Source: Selaginella moellendorffii (Eukaryota; Plantae; Lycopodiophyta). Taken from it: DNA of 64,000 nt. Under the pieces are notes generated by a model that made no database searches, was not told the DNA's origin, and saw only the letters and a list, made by a program, of their open reading frames with translations. Shown piece by piece: positions 49,118 to 62,713 of the stretch (positions within the stretch are counted from its first letter, which is position 1; each line of letters starts with the position of its first letter). The translations under genes were made by a program, and so were the position numbers. Location: positions 658,371 to 722,370 of the forward strand of contig NW_003314353.1 of NCBI RefSeq assembly GCF_000143415.4, in the 5' to 3' direction.

Positions 49118-50784
49118 ATGGCGCCTAGAACACCCAAGAGCGTTGTTAAGGTGGATGTAACAAAGCAGCCATGGGAGCAAGACAGTCCTCTTCACAACAG
49201 ATGGCATCCAGACATTCCTCCAGTTGCTCAGGTTTCGGTAGAGGAGCTCTTCAGAGTAGAAACAATAGATTGGACTGGAGGCCAAATTCTAGACAATGAT
49301 TCTGCCGAAGATGTGAAGAACATGGACTTGTCCAGGGTAAGCATTCAAGCTTTAGTCGTTTGTTTATCTTTCTGTTTGTCTTCCAGGTGCATTATCTGAG
49401 TGGGCCGATCCGAGTTATGGACGAGGCTGGCAAGCCTGCAATCCCTGGTGACATTCTCGTGGTTGAGATATGCAACCTTGGACCACTTCCAGGAGACGAG
49501 TGGGGATTCACTGGAACTTTCGACCGAGAGAATGGTGGTGGATTTCTTACAGACCATTTTCCTTCCGCCACCAAAGCAATCTGGCACTTTGATGGCATTT
49601 TTGCATACTCTCGACACATTCCAGGTAAAAAGAGCTGAAAGTTTTGTCTAACTAGTGTTTCTTCCTCATTTTCTGGACGACAGGGGTTCGTTTTCCAGGA
49701 CTGATTCATCCGGGACTTATTGGCACCGCGCCGTCGAAAGAACTATTAGATATCTGGAACAGCCGCGAGCGCTTACTTGTAGAAGAAACTCCGAGCTTGA
49801 CACTCTGCAGTTCACTTCATACTCGGCCACTTGCGAACTTGCCTCTAGCAAAAGGAGCTCTTCTTGGAAAGGTTTGTTCTGTTTGAATTAGATCTCTTTT
49901 ATATATTGTGATTTGCTTCGTTCTCGTAACAGATTCCTCCAGGCTCTTCCCAGTGGCAAGCAATTGCAAATGAGGCTGCAAGAACGATCCCGGGAAGAGA
50001 GAATGGTGGCAACTGTGATATAAAAAACCTGAGCAGGGGCTGCAAGGTCTATTTCCCAGTGTTTGTGGAAGGAGCAAACTTAAGCATGGGAGACATGCAT
50101 TTCTCTCAAGGCGATGGCGAGGTCTCTTTCTGCGGAGCAATCGAGATGAGTGGCTTCCTCGAGCTAAGGTCCGTTAATCTCGAAACTTCATTTTTCAAAC
50201 TTTTGATGTTTCCAGATGTGAGATTCTTCGCGGAGGAATGGAAAGATATATGACTCCAATCGGGCCGACAAAGCTCCATGTCCATCCTTTGTTTGAGATC
50301 GGCCCGCTGGAGCCAAGATTCTCAGAGTGGCTAGTTTTCGAGGGAGTGAGCGTGGATGAGTCTGGCAAGCAACACTTTCTGGACGCGAGCATTGCCTACA
50401 AACGAGCAGTCCTCAACGCGATACACTACTTCTCAAACTTTGGATACTCTAAAGAGCAGGTAAAATCAAGCTGGTTTTAGAACTTCTTTGTGACAAATTT
50501 GTTCTACCAGGTCTATTTGCTTCTCTCCTGCTGCCCGTGCGAAGGACGCATCTCTGGAATCGTGGATGCTCCAAACGCTGTAGCCACTCTCGCCGTCCCT
50601 ACAGCCATATTCGATCAGGTTGGAGCTCTCTTCTAAAGTTTCCTTTTTCTCATTTCTCTTCGCACAGGATGTTCGTCCCAAGCGAGGCACTCCAAGCGCT
50701 GCTCGTGTGATCCAGCAAGCCAACGTTCCCAAATGCGTCTACGAAGGCAAACTTCCCATCACCAAAGTTCTCTCGCTGGAATAA
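49118..50784 (+). CDS. Formamidase (FmdA/AmdA family), multi-exon
   Basis: LHNRWHPDIPP, DWTGGQI, VHYLSGPI, GGGFLTDHFP, RENGGNCDIKNLSRG, GDMHFSQGDGEVSFCGAIEM, GIVDAPNAVATLAVP. Confidence 0.95.
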
Positions 50785-51357
50785 GAAAAGAGAAGAAGAA
50801 CCAGTAGAGAATCTACTGTGAAACTTCCGTGGAAGGTCGTGAGAGCGTTAGACCGTGTCATACCCGATTATAGTACCATCAAAAAATATGGAAGAGTCTA
50901 ACCATGCATGAATAGTAATAAGTTTAATAAGTTTAATTGTCAAGTTTTTACTAAATTTTAAATTTTATTATTATTAAGACTTTAAAAAGTTTATTAATAT
51001 TTATTATTGACAATAAGTCCTCCTTTCCCTGATTAACTCTTTGCATGCATTTGGATGGGCTGGGTTGCTCTTCTTTTGAAAATGGACTGGAGCTTTTTCC
51101 ATTGTGGTGGTGTCGATCAAATCTCCAGGACGAGGAGCAGCAGTAGCAGCAGCACCACCGAGAGATCCCACCACGGTATTGTAATGCTCGCTGGTCTCCC
51201 TCATTCCTCCAATCACCACCACCACTCCTCCTCCCCGGAAGAACTTTCGAGTAGCGCTTTGATCGCTACTCACTCCTCCTGATCACTCCTCCTGGTCCCT
51301 GGGATGTGAATCCATCCGGAAAACGATCCAGCATCCGGAAAAGTGACGAGATCCAGC

Positions 51358-52272
51358 ATGCGTTCCAAAGTTCCCAGAGAAGGCCCGGCCTGGGTGGACG
51401 AGTTCCTGTCCGGCGACTACTTCACCAGCTGCAACTTCCACACCGGCGGCAAGAACGAGCGCAACCAGTTCTGCACCGAATGCTCCGGTAGCGGCCCCCT
51501 CTGCCAGTTCGGCCTCCTCACCTCGCACTCGGGCCACCGGACTCTCCAAGTCCGCAAGGCCTCACACATGGACTCCATCCGGGTCGTGGACATCCAGCAG
51601 TGCCTCGAGGTCTCGGACATCCAGACGTACTCCATCAACAGCGCCAAGATCGTCTTCCTGCTCAGCCGTCCACAGCCCCGTCCCAGCAAAGGAGCTCTGC
51701 ACGCCTGCCTGTGCTGCAACCGGGCTCTCTCGGACGACGTCAAGTTCTGCTCGCTTGCATGTAAGCTGGACGTGCTGAGGGAGCAGCCGGAGGACAGATC
51801 CATCACGTTTGCATTGCCGGCCGATGGGGAGGGCGCTGGAGGTGGCGCTGGAGGTGAAAAGGAGCAGCGGCAGCAGCAGCTCGAGGAAGTGGAGCAGAAG
51901 TTCTCGTCAGCTGAAATGGTTTCCACCAGCGAGCAGCAGCACAATCTGCAACAACAGGAACAACACCAACAACAATGGCAGCAAAACGGTGAGCTCGGGA
52001 TCCAGCAAAAACCAGCGAAGAGGAAGAGGCTGTCCAAGAGGAAGAAATGGACAGAGAAGAAGGGGATCAGGAAGAAGCAGCCTACCAAGTTGCTGCTTCC
52101 AAAGATCCGCAATCGACTGCTGCTCGAGGAGGAGAATGGATCCGGCTGCTTCAAAAGGAAGAACAGTGAGGCATTCCAGGATTCGCCCACCACACCTGAA
52201 AAGTTCGAGTCAATTTCCACTGCGAAAGCTCGATGCAGAAAAGGCGTACCTCGTAGAGCACCGATGGGGTAG
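51358..52272 (+). CDS. PLATZ: PLATZ zinc-binding transcription factor, intronless
   Basis: PAWV...F..C..H, LQVRK, IQTYSINSAKIVFLLSRPQPR, CLCCNRAL, FCSLACK, C-terminal RKGVPRRAP. First ATG 51358. Confidence 0.92.
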   Translation: MRSKVPREGPAWVDEFLSGDYFTSCNFHTGGKNERNQFCTECSGSGPLCQFGLLTSHSGHRTLQVRKASHMDSIRVVDIQQCLEVSDIQTYSINSAKIVFLLSRPQPRPSKGALHACLCCNRALSDDVKFCSLACKLDVLREQPEDRSITFALPADGEGAGGGAGGEKEQRQQQLEEVEQKFSSAEMVSTSEQQHNLQQQEQHQQQWQQNGELGIQQKPAKRKRLSKRKKWTEKKGIRKKQPTKLLLPKIRNRLLLEEENGSGCFKRKNSEAFQDSPTTPEKFESISTAKARCRKGVPRRAPMG

Positions 52273-52664
52273 TAGCCTGGATCATCGATAGAGAATTCAA
52301 AGTGCTCGCTGGATGGATCAACCTTGAAACGGGCATAAGTTCCACAGGTACTTGTAAACTTTCTTGGAATGTTTTCCTGTTCTTTCGTTAGAAAAGAGAA
52401 AAACAAACTAAACCATTAGCCTGTGAAGAAGCAAAAAAAAATTCTGTGCAGATCAAAGAGCGCACGTTATGTGAATAACAATAGTTTTTTTTCAGAGGTT
52501 TGAAGCAAACTGGCATCGAATGACTCCAAACAAATGCGCTAGCTGTCTGTAACTACATATATGAGTGCTTAGCTTATTTTGTCCCTACTGGAAATCGTGC
52601 TGCTTTGCTTGCGAATCATGGTTCGTTTGCTGGGATTTATTATGGCGAGAGGGAAGTTACCGGA

Positions 52665-53299
52665 TCATCGCAGCTCCGATTTTCTTATCCCATTTATGAT
52701 CGTCTCCAAGCGTCCGCTCTCATGAGCTTCGACAGTGTCTGCAACGCACAAACGCCAGTGAGTGGAAAAAAGCACGCGACTAGTTTGCACGAACTCTACG
52801 TGCCAACCATCCTAGAGGCGACGAGAAAAAAATGTACCATCAGAGCCACCGATGTGTTTACCACCAACGAAAACTTGTGGAACAGTGCGGCGTCCCACTA
52901 GGCCTTGCAACGCTTCCTGGATCTCGTCTCCATCCTCTAAGAACACCAATTAAAAAACACTGAGAACATCCAGTACGAAAGAAAAAAAAGAATTTTTCCG
53001 AGTACCTCTTAGATCCAGCTCAACGACATGGGGAGTTTCATTCAAGCTCTTGAAAACCGACTTAGCTCTCCGGCAATAGCTGAGATTTCCAAGGGACAAG
53101 CGTTAGAGACCCCTCCCCACAGCTCGATCGACATAGAATTGAGAACTTACGGGCAATAAGACTTGGAAAAAATCACGATGTCGTGATTATCGATCGTGCT
53201 CTTCACAAACGAAGGCGCCGACGATCCATCCGCCGCGCGCGTCACGGCGAGCGCCACAATCCCGCACAGCACCACCGCCGGAAACCCCATTCTCCTCAT
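52665..53299 (-). CDS. CPYC-type glutaredoxin (GRXC3/C4-like) with signal peptide, 131 aa; exons 53299-53151, 53079-53006, 52936-52838, 52738-52665
   Basis: Spliced product [19 protein letters not shown]...[16 protein letters not shown]...VVELDLREDG...[20 protein letters not shown]...SGRL. All introns GT-AG and phase-consistent. Confidence 0.95.
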
Positions 53300-53312
53300 C
53301 CTCGCTGCAGAT

Positions 53313-53376
53313 AAACCCTAAAAACCGGTGACCTAATTCCCGCTCTTGCATTGAATATTCCCACATAAAACCCTAA
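53313..53376. promoter_or_regulatory. Two telo-boxes (AAACCCTAA) in the short NPF-GRX intergenic space
   Basis: AAACCCTAA at ~53313 and ~53368. Confidence 0.5.
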
Positions 53377-53384
53377 ACTTTTCT

Positions 53385-55660
53385 TCACGTTTCACCATCT
53401 CTTTCTTTGTCTTGCTCTTCCTTGTACTTATAGAATCGCGCACACACGAGGAACAACGCAAAGTTCACAGCATTGAGGCATGCGAGAAGCCAGTAGTAGT
53501 AATCGAGATGCCACTGCCAGCTCTGGTGGAGCCAATTCGTGGACGATCCCACGATGGAATTGAGCGCGGTCGCCGAGAAACTCCCAATCGCGGCTGTGAA
53601 TGGCAGCAGCGAGCTTCCAAAGCAGCGCATCCCTTCCGGTGCCTGGCTGTAGAAGAGCTCGATCAATCCAATCGTCCCGAAGATCGACGCGAGACCATAC
53701 ATCGAGAACGGGATCGTGAGCAAGAACGCGGAGAATCGCGCCCTCTTGGATTCCGCCCTCTTGTGCTCCACGAATCCGGCGACGATCATGGTGAGCGTGG
53801 ATAGAAAGAGCCCAATCCCGATTCTTTGGAGATGCGTGGTTCCGCGAGGATTTCCAGTGAGCTTTCGCATCGCTGGGACGTAGACGAGCTCGTAGAAGGG
53901 GATGGCGATCATGACGAACACCGAGGAGAGAAACGGGACGGATGGAGCTGGGACCTGAATGGATTTGGAGAGGCTCCTGTCCATCATCAGGGCCTGGACG
54001 GTGGAATAGTTGAGGAGCACGACGACGGTGCTCATGAGGAGCATCGTGGTGGCGCAGATTGGCAAGAGCCGGATCATCGCCTTGAGTTCCTCGACTTGGG
54101 TCACCGTGCACAGCGTCCACGATCCCTCCACTTCGTGATCCAGGCCGATCTTCACCGCGGCCTTGTCGAGAAATCTGGAAGAACGAGGTTAAACCTTTGA
54201 AGAGTTTCAAGGAGATGGAAGTTTGATGAAGATATAGAACTTGTAGCGAAGATAGAAAAGATTTGAGAGAGTTGGCAAGCAAAGGCCTACGATCTTTGAG
54301 AGTTTCAAGGAGCTCGAAGACTTTCAACTAGCAAAGATGAGAGAGTTGGCAAAGATCTTAGATTTGAGAGAGTTGGCAAGCAAAGATCTTTGAGAGTTTC
54401 AAGGAGGTAGAAGCAAAGATCTTGGAGGAGATGGGAATGAAAAGCTTGCCTTAGTCCATCGGTATGCTGGATCTTGCTACTCCCCGGGATGGCGGACATT
54501 CTTCCAGGAACTTCGTAGAGCAAATTCACATCTTGCGGCAATTCCAGCTTCCTCTTTCGATACGCGGACACGATCACTTGGAGGAGCCTCGTCACTGGGC
54601 TCCCGCTCGGCCGCTTTTGCTTGTAGAAGGGCGTTCCAGCGAAGAACAATGCGTTCCCGGCGGCCATGGCGATGGCCAGGGTGGTGAGCCCCCAGTTCCA
54701 GCCGAATTGGACCTGGATGTAGACGACGATCGTGAGCGCGAGGACGAATCCCAGGTCGAGCGTCATGTAGAGGGAGCTGAAGAACATGCCGAGGTTCTTC
54801 TTGTCGCTGGGGTTGCCTCTGTCGAATTGATCGGCTCCAAAGACAACGATGTTGGATTTGATCCCCCCAAAGCCAATCGCGACGATGAGCAGCGAGACGT
54901 AGAGGTATCCCATCTGGAAAGCTGTGGCCTTCTCGTCTAGGCATTGTTCAGCGTCGTGCTTGCAAATCCTTGGAGAGAGTGGAGCTACCACGGCTCCAGC
55001 AGCCAAGAGAATGAGTCCCTGGAAGTATGATCGTTCCATAGGTGAGATCCAGGATCAAAGTTTGCAGGCGAGACGAAGAACTATCAGAAAAAATCAAACC
55101 TTTGCTAGTTGCTAGAGACGAAAACTTATCAGAAAAATCAAATCTTTGCTAGCGAAGTTGCTAGAGACGAAGAACTATCAGAAAAATCAAATATTTAGCA
55201 CTAGCGAAGTTGCTAGAGACGAAGAACTATAGGTTGCTTTGATAGCAAAGTTGCTAGAGACAAAGAACTACCAGAAAAATCAAATCTTTGCAAGAGAGGG
55301 AGATGAGAGATCGGAGAACCTAGCTTGAACTTACCAGGAGGTGGACGATCGAAAAGATGGCGATGGTGGCGTATCGGCCAAGGTAAGCGTCGGCGAGAAA
55401 TCCCCCAAAGAGTGGCGTGGTTCCACAAACTCCAAAGAACACTGTGATGATCGTGCTCGCTTCCAGGGGTGATTTGTGCATCACGTCCATGAGATACGAG
55501 ACGAAGCTCGTCGCAAAGGTCGTGAAAGCCATTCTCTCGGCAACTTCACTGCCTGTGGAGAAAATAGAAATCTTTTCCTCGGTTAGAGACTAAGGGATCG
55601 TTTTTTCGTGAACTTACCAAGAACGAAGACTGCTGCAAACCATCCTCCTCTCTCGGCCAT
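53385..55660 (-). CDS. NPF: NPF (NRT1/PTR) family transporter, 4 exons, third intron GC-AG
   Basis: RGGWFAAVFVLGSEVAERMAF (ExxER), GGFLADAYLGRY, FGADQFD, PSGSPVTR, RFLDKAAV, CTVTQVEELK, LQRIGIGL, ELFYSQAPEGMR, HLDYYYWLLA. Confidence 0.94.
54190..54425. repeat. Degenerate tandem repeats in NPF intron 3
   Basis: Recurrent GAGAGAGTTGGCAA and GAGTTTCAAGGAG units. Confidence 0.75.
55068..55292. repeat. ~45-55 bp minisatellite (about 5 copies) in NPF intron 2
   Basis: GCTAGAGACGAAGAACTATCAGAAAAATCAAA repeated with variation. Confidence 0.85.
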
Positions 55661-56048
55661 GGCGTTCTTCGAGTAAACATTTTAGAAGTTTCTTTCCCAA
55701 AGTAAACAGCGTTTTAAACTGGTGGAGAACTTGGTGAGGACCGTCGATCGACCTGGAGAAGCATCGGAGTCACAGCCCCGAGATTGCTTCACTTGATCAT
55801 GCTTCGTCGAAGCCGAAACTTTTTTGCAACTTTGGACGGTCCCTGGAAATCTAAGAGCGTGATAGGCGAGCAAAAGGACAATGGCAACTCACGACAAGAT
55901 CGAGAGATTGTTGTCACAGCTCATATCTAGTGCTCATCACGCGTAAACAGGCAAATAGCGCCAACCAAATCCTCTTGGAACATCGCGGTGCGAATGGAAC
56001 AAGTCCATTTGGCTTTAAGTTGTTTTAGTTGGTTTTAGTTCTTCGGCT

Positions 56049-57636
<1,588 letters not shown>

Positions 57637-57815
57637 TTAATCCCTGTTTAGTTTTAAGCAAAAATGAGATTAGACAAGGTCCCGGGTTCGATCTTTCTAG
57701 TTGTTAGGGTTCTTCCATTTCCCGTATCTCGAGTCGAGGGAATGGAATTTTGGCACAGGGAACGCATGGCGTAAGCTGCCGCGCCCGGCCGCCGCAGGTG
57801 CTATCGAAATCCGCG

Positions 57816-59144
57816 ATGGAAGTCTCCTCCTGCGGCTTCAATCCGTGCTTGAATCACAGCCTGCTCGATTTTGGGCCCAGGAAGGGGCAGCGGTGCCAGG
57901 TTCTAGGGCACAGAAAATGCAGCTCTCGCGCCGCGAGCTCTTCCGGTTCTACCGTGTTTTCGATCGATGAGAGAAGGCGCAGGGGATTCTCCAAACCCCA
58001 TTTCTTGTCGTTCGTTGAGCCTGGAGGGAATTTCACCTCTGCTGTGATTTTCTCGCGGAGCAAGAGGAGGCGCGCATTTTCTGGTAAGTTCTTGCTCAGC
58101 CTTTCGTGATTCTTTTGTTCTCGTACGAGTCTTTCTCGTTTTTTTGGTTCTTGTTGTGTTCGTGAAGTTAGCCGTGTTGTTGCTTGGTAGTCTTTGTGTG
58201 TTCTTGGCTAGCGGAAAAAGGAATTTTCTGTTCTTCTTGGTCATGAAAAACTTGTTCATCGTTGAGCGTTGCATTCTTGGAGAACTTTCTTCCATGATCT
58301 AAACGGTTAAAAAATTCTCTCAGGTTCTCTGGTAGTCCGAGCAGCACAGAACCAATCCAACGATCCCTCCGACGAGAAAGAAGAAAAAGAAGGCCCGGAG
58401 AACTCCTCCGACTCCCAGGGCACAGACTGGCGAGCATTCCGCGCGAGGCTGATCGCCAACGAGCGATCCATCGAAGAGCAGGACCAGCCCAGCACCTCGG
58501 ACGCCTCCAAAGCTCCGGAGAACTTCGCAAAGTCTCTTGGGGCTTGCTGGGCTCATCCCATCCTCAAGCCCGAGGCCGGCTGCGTGCTCATCGCCACGGA
58601 CAAGCTCGACGAGCTCTCCATCTTCGAGCGGACAGTGATCATCCTCCTCAGCGCCGGATCCAGCAAAGGCAACGAGGGACCCTTCGGCCTCATCCTCAAC
58701 CGGCCTCTCCCTCACGTCCTCAAAGACATCCGGCCACAGGACCAAGCTCTCGCCGAGGCGTTTGGAGAAAGCCAGGTACACTTCGGTGGTCCGCTCGTCT
58801 CGGACTTGATCCTGCTGCTGCAAGGAGCCAGCGCCAGGAAAGGCTACCAGGAAGTAGTTCCAGGGATCTTCTACAGCTCGGCCGAGGGACTGGATCAGGC
58901 AGTGAGTATGATCAAAGACAAGGCCTCCGGCGCCGAGGACTTTAGATTCTTCTTCGGCTACGCCGGGTGGGCGATCGGGCAGCTCGAGAGAGAAGTGGAG
59001 GATGGATACTGGTGCGTTGCGGCGTGTAGCACGAATCTCTTCATCTCCGGCTCGGCTGCTAATCTCTGGGAGGAGGTGTTGAAGCTCATGGGTGGGCAGT
59101 ACGCGGAGCTTAGCAAGAAGCCCAAGAAGCGATGGTTTAAGTGA
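57816..59144 (+). CDS. DUF179/AlgH (UPF0301) family protein with transit peptide; intron 58084-58323
   Basis: TDWRAFRARL, WAHPILKPEAGCVLIAT, FERTVIILL, GPFGLILNRP, HFGGP, FRFFFGYAGW...QL..E...GYW, LWEEVLKLMGGQY. Confidence 0.9.
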
Positions 59145-59313
59145 AGCTCCTTCGTGCCAATAAGATGGATCTCTTCGAGCTCTTCGTCAAGAAGGGAAGC
59201 TAAAGAAAGCTCTCCGTTTCGCTGTAAGAGATAAGTGGAAGTTAAAGTTTTAAGTGGCCTAAGAACCCTAAAGTGCCAGCAAGAGCCCTACATTTATTTT
59301 AGGGCTCCTAGCG

Positions 59314-60501
59314 ATGACGAGGACGCGGGAGCGCGCGATCGCGAGGTCAGTGGCAGGATCTAGCCTCCTCTTCACCAGAAATCAGCGGCAAATGCGCATG
59401 GTGGTGAAGAGCGCCATGGCGCAGCGGCAGAGAAAGAGGGCGAAGCGCCGGAAGAGCAGTGTGGATCTCCTCCCGGGGCTCATCCACGACGTGGTCTACC
59501 AGCAAATCCTCCCGCGGCTGCCCTGGTACCAGCGCCCCGTGATGACGGCCGTGTCCAAGCTCTGGCGCGCCGCGATGGAATCGCTCAATGCTGAGTTGGG
59601 CGCCCGGTCCCGGGAGCTCCAGGATCTTCCCAGGGGCGTGGTGCTGCTCTTCAATGCCGGGAGTGGCAGCGATGGGATCTTCCAGCAGCAGAGTTTTTTC
59701 GAGCTCTTCGACTACTCGACCGGGACTTGGCACGAGCTTCCTCCACTGCCGGATCGCTCTCCCGAGGAGAGCGTGGAGGAGTGCTTTTGCTTCGAGCGGT
59801 GCATATACGGGATTTGCAAGGGGGAGATCTACAAGCTAGATCTTCCAGCCGGGATTTGGAGGTGGGAGAAGCTCACCACCAGGACGAGGATCAATGGAGG
59901 GGTGGCGGTGGCGTTTATGGAAGATGGGATGCTCTACCTGAGTGGGAAGCGGGCGGAGGTCTTTGTGCTGGAGAAGCACGACTTGGCCAACCGGTGTGCC
60001 AAGTCGATATGCGTCCAGTTGGTCGGCTTCTCCGGCCTCGCGGCGCAGAAGGGCGACGTCAAGTCTCTCTTTGAAGGCTTCTCCGACTGGAACCGAGTGG
60101 CCGGGACGCTGGCGTTCCTCTTCCAGATCAAGCCGCTCAACATCAGCCGGAGCTGCACGGCCCCGGCGTTTGTGTCCGAGAGGAAGTTCTTGGTGGCGAC
60201 GAGGAAGTGCTACCTGGAGCTCCACGACTTGGACACTGGGCTGCTCGACGAGATCAACGTCCAGCGCAAGCTCAGGCTGGTTGTCTCGCACACGATCGTG
60301 GCGCTGGCTTACCACGGGGGCGTGATCTACGTTTTGATGCAAGTGGACAAGGGGAGCCATGCGAGCTTTAGCCTGTGGAGGGGCGAGGCTTGTGGAGATT
60401 CTCTGTCTCCGGAGCTTGGGAAGTTCGAGTGGAAGAGGGCGCCATGTCCGCTCAAGTTTGGAGATCACTGCAACAAAGCTAGCCTGCAGATCTTGTCCTG
60501 A
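59314..60501 (+). CDS. Divergent F-box/kelch-repeat-like protein, intronless (start may be 59392)
   Basis: F-box LLPGLIHDVVYQQILPRLP...AVSKLWR, then kelch-like ELFDYSTGTWHELPPLP and YKLDLPAGIWRWEK. Confidence 0.8.
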   Translation: MTRTRERAIARSVAGSSLLFTRNQRQMRMVVKSAMAQRQRKRAKRRKSSVDLLPGLIHDVVYQQILPRLPWYQRPVMTAVSKLWRAAMESLNAELGARSRELQDLPRGVVLLFNAGSGSDGIFQQQSFFELFDYSTGTWHELPPLPDRSPEESVEECFCFERCIYGICKGEIYKLDLPAGIWRWEKLTTRTRINGGVAVAFMEDGMLYLSGKRAEVFVLEKHDLANRCAKSICVQLVGFSGLAAQKGDVKSLFEGFSDWNRVAGTLAFLFQIKPLNISRSCTAPAFVSERKFLVATRKCYLELHDLDTGLLDEINVQRKLRLVVSHTIVALAYHGGVIYVLMQVDKGSHASFSLWRGEACGDSLSPELGKFEWKRAPCPLKFGDHCNKASLQILS

Positions 60502-60787
60502 GAGAGCCTCTCTCTTCTCCAACAGGTAAGAGACTTTACTACTCCAGGAATGCTTGATTTGCCAAAGTGGCATCTTCGAGCAGCCTCTCTCTTTTCGAAA
60601 ATCGGGCAGCAAAACCTGGGCATGCTCACGATCAACGAGAACTTCCTTTATTCACCGATCTCCGTAGGGCTCGTTTTCTTTTAATGCTTTAAACCTGGGA
60701 AGCGTTCTCATAACTTTGTTGCATTGATCTCCAAACTGGGATTGGAAGAATTTTTGGATCTGTTTCTCCTTTTTGGTTTGGTTAAGC

Positions 60788-61662
60788 AAGTGAATATAGT
60801 TAAAATATTCTTGGATATTCTAGAATATTTTACCATCTAACTGTTGTTATTCATTTAAATTAATCTTTTATAATTTATAAACATGTTTATAATTTATAAA
60901 TTTTCTTAAACACTTTTTAATATATTATTTTTTATTCTATTATCTAATGGTTGATATGCAATAAGATTAATCTTGTGATTATGAATTACAAACATGCTTA
61001 TAATTATAAAATTTATTTGATCAATTGGATTAATAAGTAAGAGATTACATAGTAAAATAAATTGCTACGTGTTGCATGTAGCAACACTTAGTTTGCTTAA
61101 TAGTAGTGTTATTCTTAGTCTCTCACTAATCTGCCAGAGTTATTGTTGAACCTAAACATACAAAAGGATATTCTAATAATAAGTTATTATTCATGTACAC
61201 TATATAATCTATAAACATGTTTATGTATTTATAAATTATAAACACTTTTCTAACTATAAACTTCCATTTTCTAAGTGAATTAATAAATAATGAATAGATG
61301 ACTATTAAACAAACCAAACATGCTATATGTAATGGGCAGCAAATTATTTTTATTATGTTATAATTAACAACAAATAATATAAATACATTTGTATAAATAG
61401 CGATTTTTTTTCAATAATCATATGTTAGAACAAAGTTTGGTGACATAAAGAGTTTTAAGTATACATTTGACTAATGATTATATATTACATTTCACAATCA
61501 ACTCTCTGAGAAATTATATAGTTGTATTTTTACAGAATAAACTAGAATATCTTAGGAAGCATTTAGATTTTTTTTTTATAAATTATAACTACAAAATTAA
61601 TCTAAGTAAATAGCAACCATTAGGTAGTATAATATCCTAGAATATTCTAGGTATATTCACTT
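60788..61662. mobile_element. AT-rich MITE/foldback element with ~80-bp imperfect terminal inverted repeats
   Basis: AAGTGAATATA...ATATTCTAGAATATT...AAATTAATC at the left end versus AAATTAATC...CTAGAATATTCTAGGTATATTCACTT at the right end. An internal inverted module (61052-61105 vs 61300-61350) is also present. Confidence 0.65.
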
Positions 61663-62713
61663 ACATATATACATATATATGTATGTACATATGTATTTTT
61701 AAATTTTAAACTTTACATCATCCTTCCATCTTAAAGATGAGAAAGGATGATGATGATAAGTCAAGTGAAACATCTAGAGCTTTTGTTAGGAATTGTAGAC
61801 TTCGACAAAATTTAAGCTTCCACAAAACTACAGATATAGTTGTTGACAACCATGACAAAAATAAGGCACAAATTTAGAATTATGGAATCTTAATCAATCA
61901 ACTACAACCATATATAATTATTAAATACACAAACCAACCTCTTAATCTATAACTTTAAACCAAAACAAGGGTTTTGAGGGCAATTGTAATTTATAAAAAT
62001 ATTGTGGAAACAAAAAAGATAGTTTATCTCTATATCTTTCCTTTAATCAGCCCTTTAAGACCATACTTAACTCAGACTTATGACCATATATAAAATTTAT
62101 TTCTATATCTTTCTACTGGCTAGCCTCCAAAACCATTATTAACTCTAACTCACTACTTTTATTCTTATCTAATATTATATATATGGGATTGCTATTGAAA
62201 AATAGAGACTATATTTTCACTAGTGCTATGCTATGTTTAAGTGCAGAATTTCACTTTGTTTGTCCATCATTTCTTTTTTATCCCCTTTTTGAAGGAAAAG
62301 AAGTTTTAAAACACTAACTTTGTTAGTCTTACTATTGTTGGTAATAAAATTATTGATAGGTTTTTTTTTATTTTCCTTTTTTAAGTATTAGTTTGGTATT
62401 GAAAATTTTGAACAGTATGAATATTTTGTTATTTTATTTTTGTTGAGTATTTTTTAACATGATATCATTTATTATCAAGCCTTTTTTGCATAGATTTGTT
62501 TTTTCATTCTTCATTTCTGCATTGACTACTATTGAAAATTCTCTTTTAGATCTTTTTTATCCCTTTTTGGTTTGCTTAAACAAATCTGTAGGGTGCATAC
62601 CATTTTTTATCACAGTGGAAATTTGGACTCAATCATTCCATGAGAGAAGCAAAGTTCCAGAATGCTTCATTTTCATCTCACATCAAAAAAAGAATTAGTG
62701 GGACTGGGATAGT

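Noticed and set aside
51417-52406. 329-aa Cys-rich minus-strand ORF
   Set aside because: Antisense of PLATZ; the Cys runs are the complement of CAG/CAA poly-Gln codons.
55068-55292. Repeat array superficially like CRISPR
   Set aside because: Intronic in a eukaryotic gene, degenerate units, no unique spacers, no cas genes; it is a minisatellite.
59836-60612. 258-aa minus-strand ORF (also 53428-54327)
   Set aside because: Shadow or off-frame ORFs overlapping the F-box and NPF genes.
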